DNA of 63,726 bases, filler included, from Diploschistes diacapsis (taxonomy: Eukaryota): assembly GCA_023645945.1 (NCBI GenBank). It is 25 parts of 25 records of this genome, joined end to end, with 100 filler letters (N's around TTAATTAATTAA, not from the genome) between each part and the next. Parts side by side here need not be neighbours in the genome. Positions count along the whole stretch, not along the records: positions 62,673 to 63,726 come from JALAIB010004139.1; 24 more parts are not named here. The stretch is one strand, 5' to 3'. Under the pieces are notes generated by a model. The model worked only from the letters and a program-made list of their open reading frames with translations, ran no database searches and was not told the origin of the DNA. Position numbers and translations under genes: made by a program. Of this stretch, positions 62,673 through 63,726 are shown piece after piece (position 1 is the first letter of the stretch; every line of letters begins with the position of its first letter).

Positions 62673-63506
62673 CTTTATATATTATCAATCTATTCGATAA
62701 TAATATTAATTCTCTAAATCTAATAAAACACGTAAAAATCAAATAATCGTTCAAAACACGTCGATATTACTTATTATCATATACGAGATCTTATCAAACA
62801 AAAACGTATTAAAATATCTTATGTCTTTACCGATAAAATGATTATTAATAAGCTTACGAAACCATTAAATTACTCAAAGCACGACGCCTTTATTTAAAAA
62901 ACTCGGCCTAATTTAAAAGATATCTAATTGAACTATATAGATATACCGGACGATTCCGTTTATAAAAAAGTATTGAACAGATAGGTAGAAGGCATGGATA
63001 AAAATTCGATTAAGTTTTAAAAGGAAGTTCAGTTCAGTTGAACTCTAAAGTTCAGTTTAGTTGAACTTTTTAGAATTCCAACTAAACCGATTAAAAAATA
63101 ATGTAAGTAATAGGGCTTAGCGTATCCCACGAGGATAAAAGTCTACTGTCGGAATATAAACATGAACTGCTGCTTGCTAAGTGGTGCGCATCTTTTGGCG
63201 TAGTGGTTTAGTTCAACAGGTTATGAGCCCGGGTAGCGCACTGCGCTACATCCCCACCCGTTTAGTTCAGAGGTCTGAAATCGAGTCCCGCTCACGGCAG
63301 ATTTTGATCTGGCTGGAAAGAACACAGATAAATAGTAAGAACCGCAGAGCCATGTTTACGGGGGTGTGTCGGAATATAAACATGAACTGCTGCTTGCTAA
63401 GAGGTGCGCATCTTTTGGCGTAGTGGTTTAGTTCAACATCTACAAAATAGGATAACCTCCTAAAGTAGATTTCTAGACTTCAATATATCTATTACGTTGT
63501 CAAACA
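62673..63506 (+). mobile_element. 3' end of a RIP-inactivated Ty1/Copia element: RNase H, mutated PPT, 3' LTR from 62971 (host of the TRIM)
   Basis: RSKHVDITYYHIRDL..YVFTDKMIINKLTKPL matches Copia RNase H KHIDxxYHxIR..ADxLTK. AAAAAAG|TATTGAACAG is the mutated PPT|TGTTGAGCAG. Confidence 0.85.
63147..63438 (+). mobile_element. Complete miniature non-autonomous LTR retroelement (TRIM-like), 292 bp, Copia-type signals
   Basis: LTRs 63147-63218 and 63367-63438 (72 bp, TG..CA, 1 mismatch). PBS GGTTATGAGCCC 63219-63230, PPT GGGGGTG 63360-63366, TSD TCTAC 63142-63146 and 63439-63443. Confidence 0.95.
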
Positions 63507-63726
63507 TTTTCTACCGTTAAGTTTCGGTAGGAAAATAATTGGAAATAATATTAATAATTTGGATTTACGAATATATTCTTTTTTAAATATTTTTTAAAAA
63601 TATTATTTAAGGAATTTTAACTTTATAATTAATGTTTTATAAAAAGATTTAAATTTTAAAATTTTTTCGTTTATAAGTTCAATAATATGATTTTAAAATT
63701 TGTATTTAAGTAATGCTCGTAAGCCT

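Noticed and set aside
63181..63423. 80-aa ORF across the TRIM
   Set aside because: GTG start, spans both LTRs and has no gag/pol motif. The element is best read as non-coding.

Overview
Eukaryotic DNA from a filamentous ascomycete (Pezizomycotina-type genes with GT..CTRAC..YAG introns). The window is an artificial concatenation of 25 contigs joined by 100-nt N/TTAATTAATTAA/N linkers, so neighbourhood across a linker means nothing. Two gene-rich contigs (1-18513, 22097-40589) encode a C2H2 transcription factor, a Tri101-like acyltransferase, the PP2A catalytic subunit, two secreted Ser/Thr-rich proteins, Snu71/RBM25, Mrp21, a Nur1/DUF2418 protein, an RraA-like aldolase, a phospholipase C and a multicopper oxidase, plus decayed YVC1 and BSC6-like MFS pseudogenes. 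Most ~1.06-kb contigs are AT-rich, RIP-mutated nests of Copia, Gypsy, Fot1/pogo and hAT-type elements. The standout is a complete, RIP-free 292-bp miniature LTR retroelement (TRIM-like, 63147-63438). It has 72-bp LTRs, a half-tRNAi-Met PBS, a PPT, a 5-bp TSD and a Pol III A-box-like motif in each LTR, and sits in the 3' LTR of a dead Copia element. Also notable are a satellite-bearing hAT-type MITE family (12 copies/fragments, 8-bp TSD), a fold-back Fot1-type MITE, an LTR family with exchangeable U3 modules, CpG-sparing RIP, and a C-rich to G-rich strand switch inside some genes. All protein calls come from motif recognition by eye, not from database searches.
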